From Promethearchaeia archaeon (GTDB taxonomy: Archaea; Asgardarchaeota; Lokiarchaeia; Sigyniarchaeales; SOKP01), in assembly GCA_046483985.1 (NCBI GenBank), contig JAWOCD010000080.1:28096-92095 (forward strand): a DNA stretch of 64,000 bases, given 5' to 3'. The notes beneath the pieces were generated by a model. That model did no database searches. It was not told where the DNA came from and saw nothing but the letters and a program-made list of their open reading frames with translations. Positions 50,880 to 60,041 of this stretch are shown piece by piece. The first letter of the stretch is position 1; every line of letters begins with the position of its first letter. The translations under genes and the position numbers were made by a program.

Positions 50880-52393
50880 ATAGTAAAATTCGCTTGTATA
50901 TTAGATTTTGTAAAAAATTCGATAAAAATATTATTCCTGCTCTTAAACTAACTAAAGTTAAAGAGAGATATAGAACACTCTTTCAAAAATATTATGATAT
51001 TAAGATTAGTACAATTAATAGGGCTAGTTTTGTTCTATTTAGTATTTTTTATATAAGTATTTTGATTTTAGGGATAACTTTAAAAGTTGATATAATTCTT
51101 ATGCTTTTATTCTCTTTTTTTATCTCACTTTTAATAACCTCGAGATTTACTCTAATTTTAATTAAAAATTTACAAAAGAAAGAATCTTTCTTAAATGCTT
51201 TGTGCTATTTAATAAAAATAGACTATTCCTTGCTTCAGAAAGTTTATATTAATAGAGAAGATAAATGTTTAAAGTTCATTGAAATGTTAATGAATTATAA
51301 TAATCATACTATTCAAGCATTTAATCAGATCATAAAAGAGATTCATGAAGGGGACTCTCCAGAGACCGCATTAAGAAACGTTAAAACTCCTTCCCCAGAT
51401 TTCAATAAATTTTTACAAAACATACTATTAAACAATTTTAATTTTCTTCTAAAAAGGTCTTCTGAAGGTGAATCCGAACGACATTTCAAGGTTTTTCTTA
51501 ATGAAATTGACTCTAAGTTAAGCATAATTTTTTTTATTGGTCTTTTTTACCCAATTGGGCTTAGTTTTCTAATTGTTTTAAAAATTATTAATTATATACT
51601 CTTGATCATTGCCGTCCCTCTTTTTTATACTATTTTATATATAGCAAATAAAAAATTTCTAAGTTCTAATGTTATATTATTTGGATTATTTTTTCACAAT
51701 CAAAAAGAAAGAACTCAATTTAATGAATTAATTCTACTTCTCAAATCTTTTGCAATATATCTGAGGCAAGGTATTTCACTGGAATGTGCTTTTCTAAAAG
51801 CATACAATAAAAATAAGAAAAAATTGCTTTTATTACATCCCTTGATTCAAAGCCACATAAGAGAACTGATTTCTCTTTCTTATAGCTTCTCTGAAATGAC
51901 GAATTCTTTAAAAAATAAATTAAGTTCCAATAGATTTAGATTGATATTGGAATTAATCTTGAGAATGCTTCAATCAAATTCTTTTGAAACTTCTAAAAAG
52001 ATACACGATTTGATAAATTGGTTAGATATACATAAAGAATATGAAAAAGATCTAAATGAAAAATTACGGAGTGAAAAATTTAAAGTTTTTATTTTTTTAA
52101 TTTTATTAGGTTTTTTCACAGGAGCTATTGCAGGATTAATTCCTCATTTTTCTCAAATCTTAATCATAGATAGACAAGCAATAGATTTAACATACGGAGA
52201 TATAGAGTTTTTTTGGAATTCAAAAATTATCAAACTCCTTATTCTTTTCCTCTCCTTGTTATGTATTAATTCGATATCTTGTTTTTATTTTTTAAAAACA
52301 ATTAGATTTGAGAATAATTTCCTAATTTTGATTTTGAATCTTTTTTACAGTTTAATCTTTATGTTAGTCTTTTTCTCTCCGATATATTTTTAG
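50876..52393 (+). CDS. TadB/TadC (GspF-like) pilus platform membrane protein
   Basis: Duplicated GxSPExAL / GISLExAF modules plus TM segments; operon with ATPase. Confidence 0.7.
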   Translation: MNSKIRLYIRFCKKFDKNIIPALKLTKVKERYRTLFQKYYDIKISTINRASFVLFSIFYISILILGITLKVDIILMLLFSFFISLLITSRFTLILIKNLQKKESFLNALCYLIKIDYSLLQKVYINREDKCLKFIEMLMNYNNHTIQAFNQIIKEIHEGDSPETALRNVKTPSPDFNKFLQNILLNNFNFLLKRSSEGESERHFKVFLNEIDSKLSIIFFIGLFYPIGLSFLIVLKIINYILLIIAVPLFYTILYIANKKFLSSNVILFGLFFHNQKERTQFNELILLLKSFAIYLRQGISLECAFLKAYNKNKKKLLLLHPLIQSHIRELISLSYSFSEMTNSLKNKLSSNRFRLILELILRMLQSNSFETSKKIHDLINWLDIHKEYEKDLNEKLRSEKFKVFIFLILLGFFTGAIAGLIPHFSQILIIDRQAIDLTYGDIEFFWNSKIIKLLILFLSLLCINSISCFYFLKTIRFENNFLILILNLFYSLIFMLVFFSPIYF

Positions 52394-52409
52394 CGGATAT
52401 TTAAATCTC

Positions 52410-52706
52410 CTAAGAAAATGATAAATATATAATTTGGATAAATAAAAAGACTCCAATTATAAGATTTAGGAGGTTGGAAAAAAATATTATAAAATTATAA
52501 ATAAAGTAATTATCTAGACCAAGGACAAAGGTTAATGTTTTTAATTTTGTTATAAGTCTATATAAAGGGACAAGGAATAAAAGAAAAATTAAAAATGAAA
52601 CAATTGCCATAAGATCATCAGAATTAAAAATATTAATGATAAAAATAAAAAGATTCAAATTAATAATTAATAGAATTTCAATAAGGATAAAATGCATTTC
52701 ATTCAT
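52410..52706 (-). CDS. Small hydrophobic membrane protein
   Basis: Three TM-like segments; very AT-rich. Confidence 0.4.
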   Translation of the reverse strand: MNEMHFILIEILLIINLNLFIFIINIFNSDDLMAIVSFLIFLLFLVPLYRLITKLKTLTFVLGLDNYFIYNFIIFFSNLLNLIIGVFLFIQIIYLSFS

Positions 52707-52791
52707 TGGGCATCTTAATTTAATAGAAATTTAAGTTTATAATTTCGTAATTTTTTCTCCAATGTAGGAAAAAATTAAATATAAAAAAAAG

Positions 52792-53295
52792 ATGAATATA
52801 ATTATGAAAAATTTGAAATTAAAAGGTTTAAAATATGAGAACGGTAAATTCGAGTTATATAATGATCGATTTGTTTTTTTTCCCCCTCAGATAATTAATA
52901 TTTTATCTGAAATTTATGGTGAAGGAGTTAAATCCCTTTTAGTTTGGTTAGGTAAAAAGGCAGGATGGAATCTAATACAAAAATGGGAGGAGAATCTCCA
53001 ACCAAAAACACTTGAGGATTTAGTAAACATATTTTGTGAAATAATGAATAATCAAGGGTGGGGAAAATTTGTTCCGGAGGAGATAAATAAGGACAATATT
53101 ATTATTAACCATACACATAATATTTCTCATCAGCTAAAAACCAATAAAAAATACATCTGTTATTATATAACGGGTTTATTAACTGGATTTGGGGAATTTG
53201 CTCTTTATCGTGTTAAAATAAAGGAAAAAAGTTGTTGCGTTGATAATCCTGAGTTAGAAACATGTACTTATGAAATTTTAAAAGTAAAAGAATAA
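52792..53295 (+). CDS. V4R (4-vinyl reductase) domain protein
   Basis: LGKKAG, GWG, CYYITGLLTG and E.SC...C.Y motifs. Confidence 0.85.
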   Translation: MNIIMKNLKLKGLKYENGKFELYNDRFVFFPPQIINILSEIYGEGVKSLLVWLGKKAGWNLIQKWEENLQPKTLEDLVNIFCEIMNNQGWGKFVPEEINKDNIIINHTHNISHQLKTNKKYICYYITGLLTGFGEFALYRVKIKEKSCCVDNPELETCTYEILKVKE

Positions 53296-53305
53296 GGGAT
53301 TTGGA

Positions 53306-53692
53306 TCACCAGAGGTCCCATTTTGTATCGTCAGATGATTTCTCTTCGTCCATTACATTCTTTTCGTTCTCTTTTATTTTTTCCTCATTTTGATTTAGAT
53401 CCTCAGAAATTGAAAAATTATCCGAATTCTCATTTACTCCATCCATAATACCAAAATTTGTATCTTCATAATTACCAATAACCACATCCTTGAATGCTGA
53501 TATAAGGGATAAAAAGTTGAAAAATTTATCTTTATCCATTTCTACTTCCATGGTATTATTCTTATTATTTTTTAAGCTCAAGCGAATTTTTCTTACTTCC
53601 CCTCCCACTTCAATTGATGAGAGTTCAATGAAATTATTTTTATTTCCAAGATGTATTTTCCAAGAAGTTTCTCGTGTTTTTTCAATTTCCAT
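53306..53692 (-). CDS. Hypothetical protein with acidic C-terminal tail
   Basis: 128-aa ORF ending DDTKWDLW. Confidence 0.55.
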   Translation of the reverse strand: MEIEKTRETSWKIHLGNKNNFIELSSIEVGGEVRKIRLSLKNNKNNTMEVEMDKDKFFNFLSLISAFKDVVIGNYEDTNFGIMDGVNENSDNFSISEDLNQNEEKIKENEKNVMDEEKSSDDTKWDLW

Positions 53693-53798
53693 TTTTTTAA
53701 ATCCTCTAATTAATATTATCGAGATTCAAAATACAATTATTCTTTGTAAATTTTTCACTACTATATAAAATAAAAAAAAGATATTCTTATAAAAATAT

Positions 53799-54101
53799 TC
53801 AAATTAATTTATCTAAAAAAAGATCTTGAATAAAATTAACCAAATTCTCATTATCTATAATTAGTTTTTTTAATCTCTCCAACTCTTCTATGTCCATATT
53901 CTTTTCTAAATATTTAAGAATTTCTGACAAACTACTTGAATTAAATGATGGATCTAATTCGATTTGCTCAAATATCTCCTTGATTTGATTTTCTCCTAAA
54001 AGATCTTCAAACTTTTTGTAGAGATTTTCGAACTCGTAGTCATCAAAGTCAATATCTGACATTAGATTAATCGATTTTTTCAAATTTTCTTTATTTATCA
54101 T
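53799..54101 (-). CDS. Hypothetical acidic protein
   Basis: 100-aa ORF. Confidence 0.5.
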   Translation of the reverse strand: MINKENLKKSINLMSDIDFDDYEFENLYKKFEDLLGENQIKEIFEQIELDPSFNSSSLSEILKYLEKNMDIEELERLKKLIIDNENLVNFIQDLFLDKLI

Positions 54102-54154
54102 GGTTGTAATTACTTCGTTTATTTTTTATTAAAACAAAAATATTTAAACTTCTA

Positions 54155-54835
54155 TTAAAAAAATCTTAAAAAAAAAAGATTAAGGAAATAGCTCAAACCA
54201 ATAAGTCCAATTAATTGAATTCTTGATTTCACAACAACGTAAAAATTAAAATTATTTTTAATATTAAATAAGGAATAAGAGACCAATACATATTTATCTT
54301 GACTCAAACATTTTAAATCTGCTAAGGTTTCCAACCTAATATAGAGCTTAATATCACTTTTATGTCTGACTTTATTTGATAAACTAGGTTTAATTAATTT
54401 TATAGATTCAGAATCTTGAGTAAATAAATGAAATATATAACGAATTAAAAAGAAGATAAGAATAAAGAAACTTAATGTTATAAAGTAAGACAATATAAAT
54501 TCTATTTTAGAGTAACAGAAGGGAGCCATAATAAATAAGAAAATTATCAATTTTCCATCGGCTCCTCCAATAAATTTGATACAATAAAAGATCAGAACAG
54601 TAAGTATAGCTAAGAATAAGCAAAAGAGATAATAAATCATATTGTCAAGCTTAATATGTTTTATACTGGTTTCAATAAATTTAAAAAATAAACCTAAACT
54701 ATAGATATGTTTAAAATGCTTGTTTGAAATCCTTCTCCTTCTTAAATCTAAATAAAAAAGATAAAAGAAAACAATAAGGATGAAGATATCTTTTGAAACT
54801 AAGAAAATAATATTTAAGTGATTTGTCTGGGTCAT
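54155..54835 (-). CDS. A24 prepilin peptidase
   Basis: YLDLRRRRISN and IGGADGK catalytic aspartate motifs. Confidence 0.85.
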   Translation of the reverse strand: MTQTNHLNIIFLVSKDIFILIVFFYLFYLDLRRRRISNKHFKHIYSLGLFFKFIETSIKHIKLDNMIYYLFCLFLAILTVLIFYCIKFIGGADGKLIIFLFIMAPFCYSKIEFILSYFITLSFFILIFFLIRYIFHLFTQDSESIKLIKPSLSNKVRHKSDIKLYIRLETLADLKCLSQDKYVLVSYSLFNIKNNFNFYVVVKSRIQLIGLIGLSYFLNLFFLRFF

Positions 54836-54848
54836 AGCTCTAATTTAT

Positions 54849-55148
54849 TTAATATCTATTCTCCCAAATTTCTATAAATTTTTTCAAACTCCTAGCTTTA
54901 AGATTTTCTAATTTGTAACGATATATCCGGATTCTTCCAAATCTTTTTTCTTGAATTAAACCAATTTTCTTCAGCACTTTAATATGGTTATCCACGATTT
55001 TATGATTAAGATTTGTTTTATCAACTATTGCAGAAATATTCAACTCAATATCAGTTGCTAAAGTTTTTAAGATTTTTAGACGCCCTTTTGATCCTAAGAT
55101 CTCCTCAATCGGATAATTTTTAGCAGGATCTATCTGCTCTTTGATCAT
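54849..55148 (-). CDS. Winged-HTH protein coupled to cdc6
   Basis: LGSKGRLKIL, LNIS and EKRFGRIRIY; ATGA overlap with cdc6. Confidence 0.85.
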   Translation of the reverse strand: MIKEQIDPAKNYPIEEILGSKGRLKILKTLATDIELNISAIVDKTNLNHKIVDNHIKVLKKIGLIQEKRFGRIRIYRYKLENLKARSLKKFIEIWENRY

Positions 55149-56350
55149 ATATCAAGCTCTCCATTCTCTAAATATTTTTTTAATAATCTTTGGAGTCGTT
55201 CTAATGGAATATCAGGAATTCCAATTAAGGATCTTCTTCCTCTTATATTTCTACTTTTAACTCTTGCTGTTATTATCCCAGAGGTTTTTAGTTCTTGTAG
55301 ATAATTCCATAATTGAGATCGTGATTTTATTGTTAAATTTAGGTTTTCGCATCTTAAAACATATTCTTGAACTATTTCATTGATTGAGACCTCATTTAAT
55401 TCCTTTCTTTGCAAGATTGAAGAAACGGATAAAAGTAGTACTAATTTCTGTTTTTTCATGCCCCTTAATATATCCTTTGTCGCAAAAGGCATTAAATCTT
55501 GATTAGCTAATCTAATGCATTCAATTTTAATCTCCTTAATCTCTTTTGCTTCGGCGATTTTTGCTGCTCTCCAAATAAGATTAAGCGCATATCGTATATC
55601 TCCCTTCTTGGAGCTCATTTCAGCAATAACCCTTAATATTTCTTCACTAATTATGTTCTCTTTGAGACTTAAGTCAGTTCGATATTTTAAGATATCAAAA
55701 ATTTGTGATTTGGAATAAAGATCAAATTTAATAATATTTCTTTGTAATGTGCTCATCGTGCTTTTATCTATTTCGGCTAAGACAGAGAGGTCTCTTACTA
55801 TCCCTATAATTGAGATAAATTGTTTTTTAGAATTCGCGTCTTCCATAAATCTTGTGAGGGAATAAAGGATATCCTCATCGGCCCGAATCAAATAATTTAA
55901 CTCGTCCAAGATTATAATTAAATGTAAATCCTTTTTGATTAAATATTCTTGAATAATATCTAGTATATCTTGGGATGAATACCCTCTTTTTGGAAATGAT
56001 TTATCTAATTTTCTTATAAGCTTAATAAGTAATTTATACGATGTTTTTTCTTTTCTACAGTTTATATGGACATAATCGATTTCAACCTCCCTTTTACTTG
56101 CAGCATCTTTTATTATATCTCCAAATAACTTTAAAGTTGCTGTTTTTCCAATCCCTGTTTTTCCAGTAACTAAAACTTTTCTTGAGACCTTATTTGGATT
56201 CTTTAATAGATTCAAAAAAAGTTGTGATAATAAAGATAACTCTTTTTCTCGATGGGGTAATTTATCAGGAACAAAATTTATGTCGAGTTTGCTTTCATCT
56301 TTAAATATGGATTCTTTTTCCAATAACCTGTCAAAGTAATCTGCTTTCAT
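55145..56350 (-). CDS. cdc6: Orc1/Cdc6 replication initiator
   Basis: LPHRE, GKTGIGKT, ILDE, GDIRYAL and C-terminal wHTH with RGR. Confidence 0.95.
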   Translation of the reverse strand: MKADYFDRLLEKESIFKDESKLDINFVPDKLPHREKELSLLSQLFLNLLKNPNKVSRKVLVTGKTGIGKTATLKLFGDIIKDAASKREVEIDYVHINCRKEKTSYKLLIKLIRKLDKSFPKRGYSSQDILDIIQEYLIKKDLHLIIILDELNYLIRADEDILYSLTRFMEDANSKKQFISIIGIVRDLSVLAEIDKSTMSTLQRNIIKFDLYSKSQIFDILKYRTDLSLKENIISEEILRVIAEMSSKKGDIRYALNLIWRAAKIAEAKEIKEIKIECIRLANQDLMPFATKDILRGMKKQKLVLLLSVSSILQRKELNEVSINEIVQEYVLRCENLNLTIKSRSQLWNYLQELKTSGIITARVKSRNIRGRRSLIGIPDIPLERLQRLLKKYLENGELDI

Positions 56351-56499
56351 TCCTAAAGATCCAGAAGATTTTTTTAACTCTGATTATGATTCAAAACTTA
56401 TAAAAAAATATGGACTAATAATTTAATGAATACTTAGAATTTTGTCGGTGAATGGCAGAATTAAATGAAATCAATGAACTTTTTTTTAACTTTAGCGAA

Positions 56500-56535
56500 A
56501 GAAGTCCCCTCCTCTAGGTCGGGATGATGTTAGTA
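56500..56535 (+). mobile_element. Possible IS200/IS605-family right-end hairpin remnant
   Basis: AGAAGTCCCCTCCTCTAGGTCGGGATGATGTTA, a GC-rich imperfect hairpin in AT-rich DNA. Confidence 0.35.
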
Positions 56536-56556
56536 ACCAGGAGAATAATATGGATC

Positions 56557-57471
56557 TCAATATCTGAAAGTAATATTTAATAAATCTTCTTCGTTTGGAT
56601 TTTTTCTATTTTTAAAAATTAAATAGATAAATAAGCTAAAGATAAGGATTAATATTGAAAAGAAGGAAAGAGAGTTGAATTTTCTTATCTCTGTAGGTGT
56701 CTTTTGTATTGGGACATTCTTCTTTCGTAATTGAATTGATTGACTTTTAAATAGAGTTGTAATGTGGTTAGCTTCTATCCATTCGTGAAGTATAAGATTT
56801 ACAGAAATATTGTCTGTATTAACAAATTCAGTATAGTTCAAACCCGAAACTTTTACTTTGCATTCCTTTTGGATGAACCCTTCCTCATAGTATCTTATTG
56901 ATCTCCATAATATATCATCTTGAGAATTATTGATCTCTATTTGAAAATAACAATCCTCATTTTCCTCTGCTCTTAAATTCCATGAAGCGTTAATCTTCAT
57001 TGTTTCATTTAAATAATACCTATTCTTGTCTGTTGTTAATAAAGAAATATTCTTTAATAATTGAATTGGTTTAGTTTCAACAAGTATAGAAGAAAATGGA
57101 CCGCCTCCTTTCGATTCGTAACAAATAAGATTTATAGAGACATGGTCTGTATTAACAAATTCAGTATAGTTTAAATCCGAAACTTTTACTTCGCATTTCT
57201 TTTGGATGAACCCTTCCTCATAGTATCTTGTTGATCTCCATAATATATCATCTTGAGAATTATTGATCTCTATTTGAAAATAACAATCCTCATTTTCCTC
57301 TGCTCTTAAATTCCATGAAGCGTTAATCTTCATTGTTTCATCTAAATAATACATATCTCTGTCAGTTGTTAATGAAGAATCTATTAAGAGTAGTCCATTT
57401 ACATTAGAGTTAAATTTTAAAAAAATAACTAAAAATACAAAACATAAAGCGATATATTCTTTTTTCCTCAT
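56557..57471 (-). CDS. Surface protein (signal peptide plus C-terminal TM) with two near-identical Ig-like modules
   Basis: TTD...YYLxETMKINASWNLRAEENEDCYFQIEINNSQDDILWRS present twice. Confidence 0.8.
   Translation of the reverse strand: MRKKEYIALCFVFLVIFLKFNSNVNGLLLIDSSLTTDRDMYYLDETMKINASWNLRAEENEDCYFQIEINNSQDDILWRSTRYYEEGFIQKKCEVKVSDLNYTEFVNTDHVSINLICYESKGGGPFSSILVETKPIQLLKNISLLTTDKNRYYLNETMKINASWNLRAEENEDCYFQIEINNSQDDILWRSIRYYEEGFIQKECKVKVSGLNYTEFVNTDNISVNLILHEWIEANHITTLFKSQSIQLRKKNVPIQKTPTEIRKFNSLSFFSILILIFSLFIYLIFKNRKNPNEEDLLNITFRY
56792..57379. repeat. Intragenic direct repeat of about 255 bp at offset 333
   Basis: 56792-57046 vs 57125-57379 share long identical runs. Confidence 0.9.
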
Positions 57472-57619
57472 TATTTTTTATTTAAAATTTGGATATATAA
57501 AGTAAGACAAAAATTCGTAAAAAATCATAAATTTTCATTTATATTTAGAAAAAAATATAATTTAGGAAAAATTATACAAAATGATTAATTTTAAGAGAAA
57601 AAAATAAAACTGAAGAATT

Positions 57620-57832
57620 ATGGGAAAAGTAAGAACATTACAAATAAAAAATATTTCAAAAGAACTGGTATCTAAATATCCAGATGTTTTTACCACGGAC
57701 TTTGAAAAAAATAAACGCTTATTGGATAAATATTTAGAATTTAATTCTAAACATTTAAGAAACAGGATTTCGGGTTACATTGTAAATTTAATGAAAATGG
57801 AGAAAAAAGATAAAAATAAAGTTTTTCAATAG
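57620..57832 (+). CDS. rps17e: 30S ribosomal protein eS17
   Basis: MGKVRT, DFEKNK and SKHLRNRISGY motifs. Confidence 0.95.
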   Translation: MGKVRTLQIKNISKELVSKYPDVFTTDFEKNKRLLDKYLEFNSKHLRNRISGYIVNLMKMEKKDKNKVFQ

Positions 57833-57856
57833 ATTTTAGAAATTTTTACCTAACAA

Positions 57857-58306
57857 GTGGTTATAATTCAAGATAATTCAGAGAAAATGGCCAACCTTTT
57901 AAGGTCTGGTTACAAAATGCTTAATATAGCATGTCCCATTTGTAATAGTCCAATTTTTAAAAATAAGGAAGGAAAAAAATTTTGTCCTGTATGCGAGAGG
58001 GAGGTCATCTTAAAAGATAAAGGTAATGAAGAATTCGTAAATCAAAAATCATCGGTTAGTGACCAAAACCAAATAAAAGCAAAAGACAAAAAAAGGGAAG
58101 AGACCACTAGGAGTAATTTAAAACCAGAAAAAAAGCTTGATAATGGAGAAGATCTAAAACCTGTTTTAGATATCCTTCTTAACAAAATTAATTGGATTGG
58201 GAAAAAAATTGAAAATGAATCCCAAATGGATTCCATTAGAAGTTATAGTAAAACAATATCTAAATTGTTTAACCTTTACTTGGAGCTTAAAAAAGGAACA
58301 GATTAG
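57857..58306 (+). CDS. UPF0148 / Sjogren autoantigen p27-like zinc-ribbon protein
   Basis: MANLLRSGYKML...CPICNSPIF...FCPVC. Confidence 0.85.
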   Translation: MVIIQDNSEKMANLLRSGYKMLNIACPICNSPIFKNKEGKKFCPVCEREVILKDKGNEEFVNQKSSVSDQNQIKAKDKKREETTRSNLKPEKKLDNGEDLKPVLDILLNKINWIGKKIENESQMDSIRSYSKTISKLFNLYLELKKGTD

Positions 58307-58316
58307 TTTAATTTTA

Positions 58317-58414
58317 TGCTTCTGCCGGGATTTGAACCCGGGTCGTGAGGGTGAGAGCCTCAAATGCGTAGCCTTTATCTAAAAATAAATTTAGCCGAAC
58401 TACACTACAGAAGC
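58317..58414 (-). tRNA. tRNA-Glu(CTC) with 23-nt intron at about position 21/22 (58368-58390)
   Basis: Acceptor GCTTCTG/CAGAAGC, anticodon arm TGAGG-CTCTCAC-CCTCA, T-arm CCGGG-TTCAAAT-CCCGG; ggct/ggct wobble helix with aaa and acg bulges. Confidence 0.88.
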
Positions 58415-58519
58415 TTACTTATTTTTTAAAAATTTTTAATTTACTTAAGCTTTATCTTTTTATATATGCGAATATAAAAAAAAAAAAAGGAATTAATTTT
58501 AGATTAAAGAATAGGTCCT

Positions 58520-59512
58520 TTATTTTATATTTATAAAAAGGGGTTTTAGTAAATTTACATAATGATCTCTTATTGAATATTCTGCAATACCCGTTGTTAG
58601 AGATACTATTTTTTGAGTTAAAACAGATCTGTGGGATAATTCTTTAGCAACTAATCTATCTGCTAAATAGATTACTGCTCCTGTTAAGATAAAAGGATTC
58701 CTTCCTCCTCGCTGCCATTTATTGAGATTTTTAAGGATTAATTGGCACTTTATTCTCAAATGATTTAAATATTCAACCTTCTTTCCTTTAAAACCCTTCT
58801 TTTTAAGTCTCTTTTCTAAATGCTCATAATTCTTAACCCCATTCAATAGCCGAGTTAAATAATCTTCACTAGTATGATGTTTTAAATTTTTTTTTAGGTG
58901 TTTTTTATATCTAATTGCGTCTCTTAAAATAAGTCTAGCATTTACTCTATGTCCGTAATTATTGAAAGTCTCTGAAATTTCTTTGATTGTAATCGGTGCA
59001 TTATGATTCTCTTTTCGGGCAGCAAAAAAGATACAGAAAGCAATAAGTGAAATATTATTTATTACCTTTTTTTCATTCTTTTTAATTTTTCGATAAAAAT
59101 ATGCGGCGTCTTTTTGAATTGCCTTATTTAGATTCAAATATCTTGAGACTTTGGTTAATATTTTGAATATTCGATATTCTGTTTCATTATTTTTTATTCT
59201 AATAAATTTAGAGTAATTACTCTTAAGTCTCCTATATAACTTTTGCTCTTTTGGTTTTAGAATTCTTCCCTGATTGTCTCTTAAATAATTTGATTTCTCG
59301 TAATCTATAAATGAGCCTAGAGCTCCCACAAAATCAGCTCGCTTCCCTAAAGCAACATATTGTTTACTTGTGTTTCCATTTATGTTTCTTTCACTAAAAA
59401 CATATGAGGCTTTGCTAGCAAAATCACTCAAAACTAATCCGCATTCCTTACATGTTTTTTCAAAACCAGTATCAATTATTTCTCCATCACATTCTGGACA
59501 TTTATTGTTCAA
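58520..59512 (-). CDS. Divergent TFIIB-family paralog
   Basis: CPEC...CKECG zinc ribbon and two cyclin repeats (GRNP, TQK, AEYSIRD). Confidence 0.8.
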   Translation of the reverse strand: MNNKCPECDGEIIDTGFEKTCKECGLVLSDFASKASYVFSERNINGNTSKQYVALGKRADFVGALGSFIDYEKSNYLRDNQGRILKPKEQKLYRRLKSNYSKFIRIKNNETEYRIFKILTKVSRYLNLNKAIQKDAAYFYRKIKKNEKKVINNISLIAFCIFFAARKENHNAPITIKEISETFNNYGHRVNARLILRDAIRYKKHLKKNLKHHTSEDYLTRLLNGVKNYEHLEKRLKKKGFKGKKVEYLNHLRIKCQLILKNLNKWQRGGRNPFILTGAVIYLADRLVAKELSHRSVLTQKIVSLTTGIAEYSIRDHYVNLLKPLFINIK

Positions 59513-59709
59513 TTATAACTCCTCATAATTTGAATAACTTTATTTAATTGAATCTCTGCTTATGTTTTTAAGATTTTCAGAAATATTCTTATCATTAATA
59601 GTATAGACTTTATTATCAAAAGCAAGAATCTTACTTAGAGAAGGAGAGAGGGGTTATTAAAAATAAAAAGCTTAATCTAATAACTTGAAGAAAACCATCA
59701 GTTTAAAAC

Positions 59710-59847
59710 AAAGTAAGCTAATAAATATTGCTTTGCTATATTGGAGCAATAAGAACTCACAGGCTTTCCTGGAGTATGAGTTTTTTGGTATATTAAATAT
59801 CCACATTTAAATTTTCAATGGGATTAAAAATATTGCAAATTTACTTT
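59710..59847. ncRNA. Candidate multi-stem structured RNA
   Basis: Closing stem aaagtaag/tttacttt with internal hairpins tattgct/agcaata and aagaactca-cagg/cctg-tgagttttt. Confidence 0.3.
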
Positions 59848-60041
59848 TAAATGGAAAGCATTTACAATTACAAATTAATTTTAATAATAATAATTTATAA
59901 AGAAATAAATATTACAAATTTAATTATAATAATAATTTATAATAATATAACGTGGATTTATTTCTCAGAATCAACAGAATTGCGAGAAAAATTACATCAA
60001 TAGAAACTTACAAAAATTAAACCGCATGGGTAGAATTTTTA

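Noticed and set aside
56351-56556. Replication origin directly upstream of cdc6
   Set aside because: No TCCA-N3-GAAA ORB pattern seen; the ORB pair lies at 38.9-39.07 kb.
58166-58382. Short ORFs 58166-58363 and 58197-58382
   Set aside because: They overlap the tRNA-Glu gene and the UPF0148 CDS.
59865-59947. Duplicated AT-rich motif (attacaaatt...aataataatttataa)
   Set aside because: Low-complexity, only two imperfect copies; probably promoter-region slippage.
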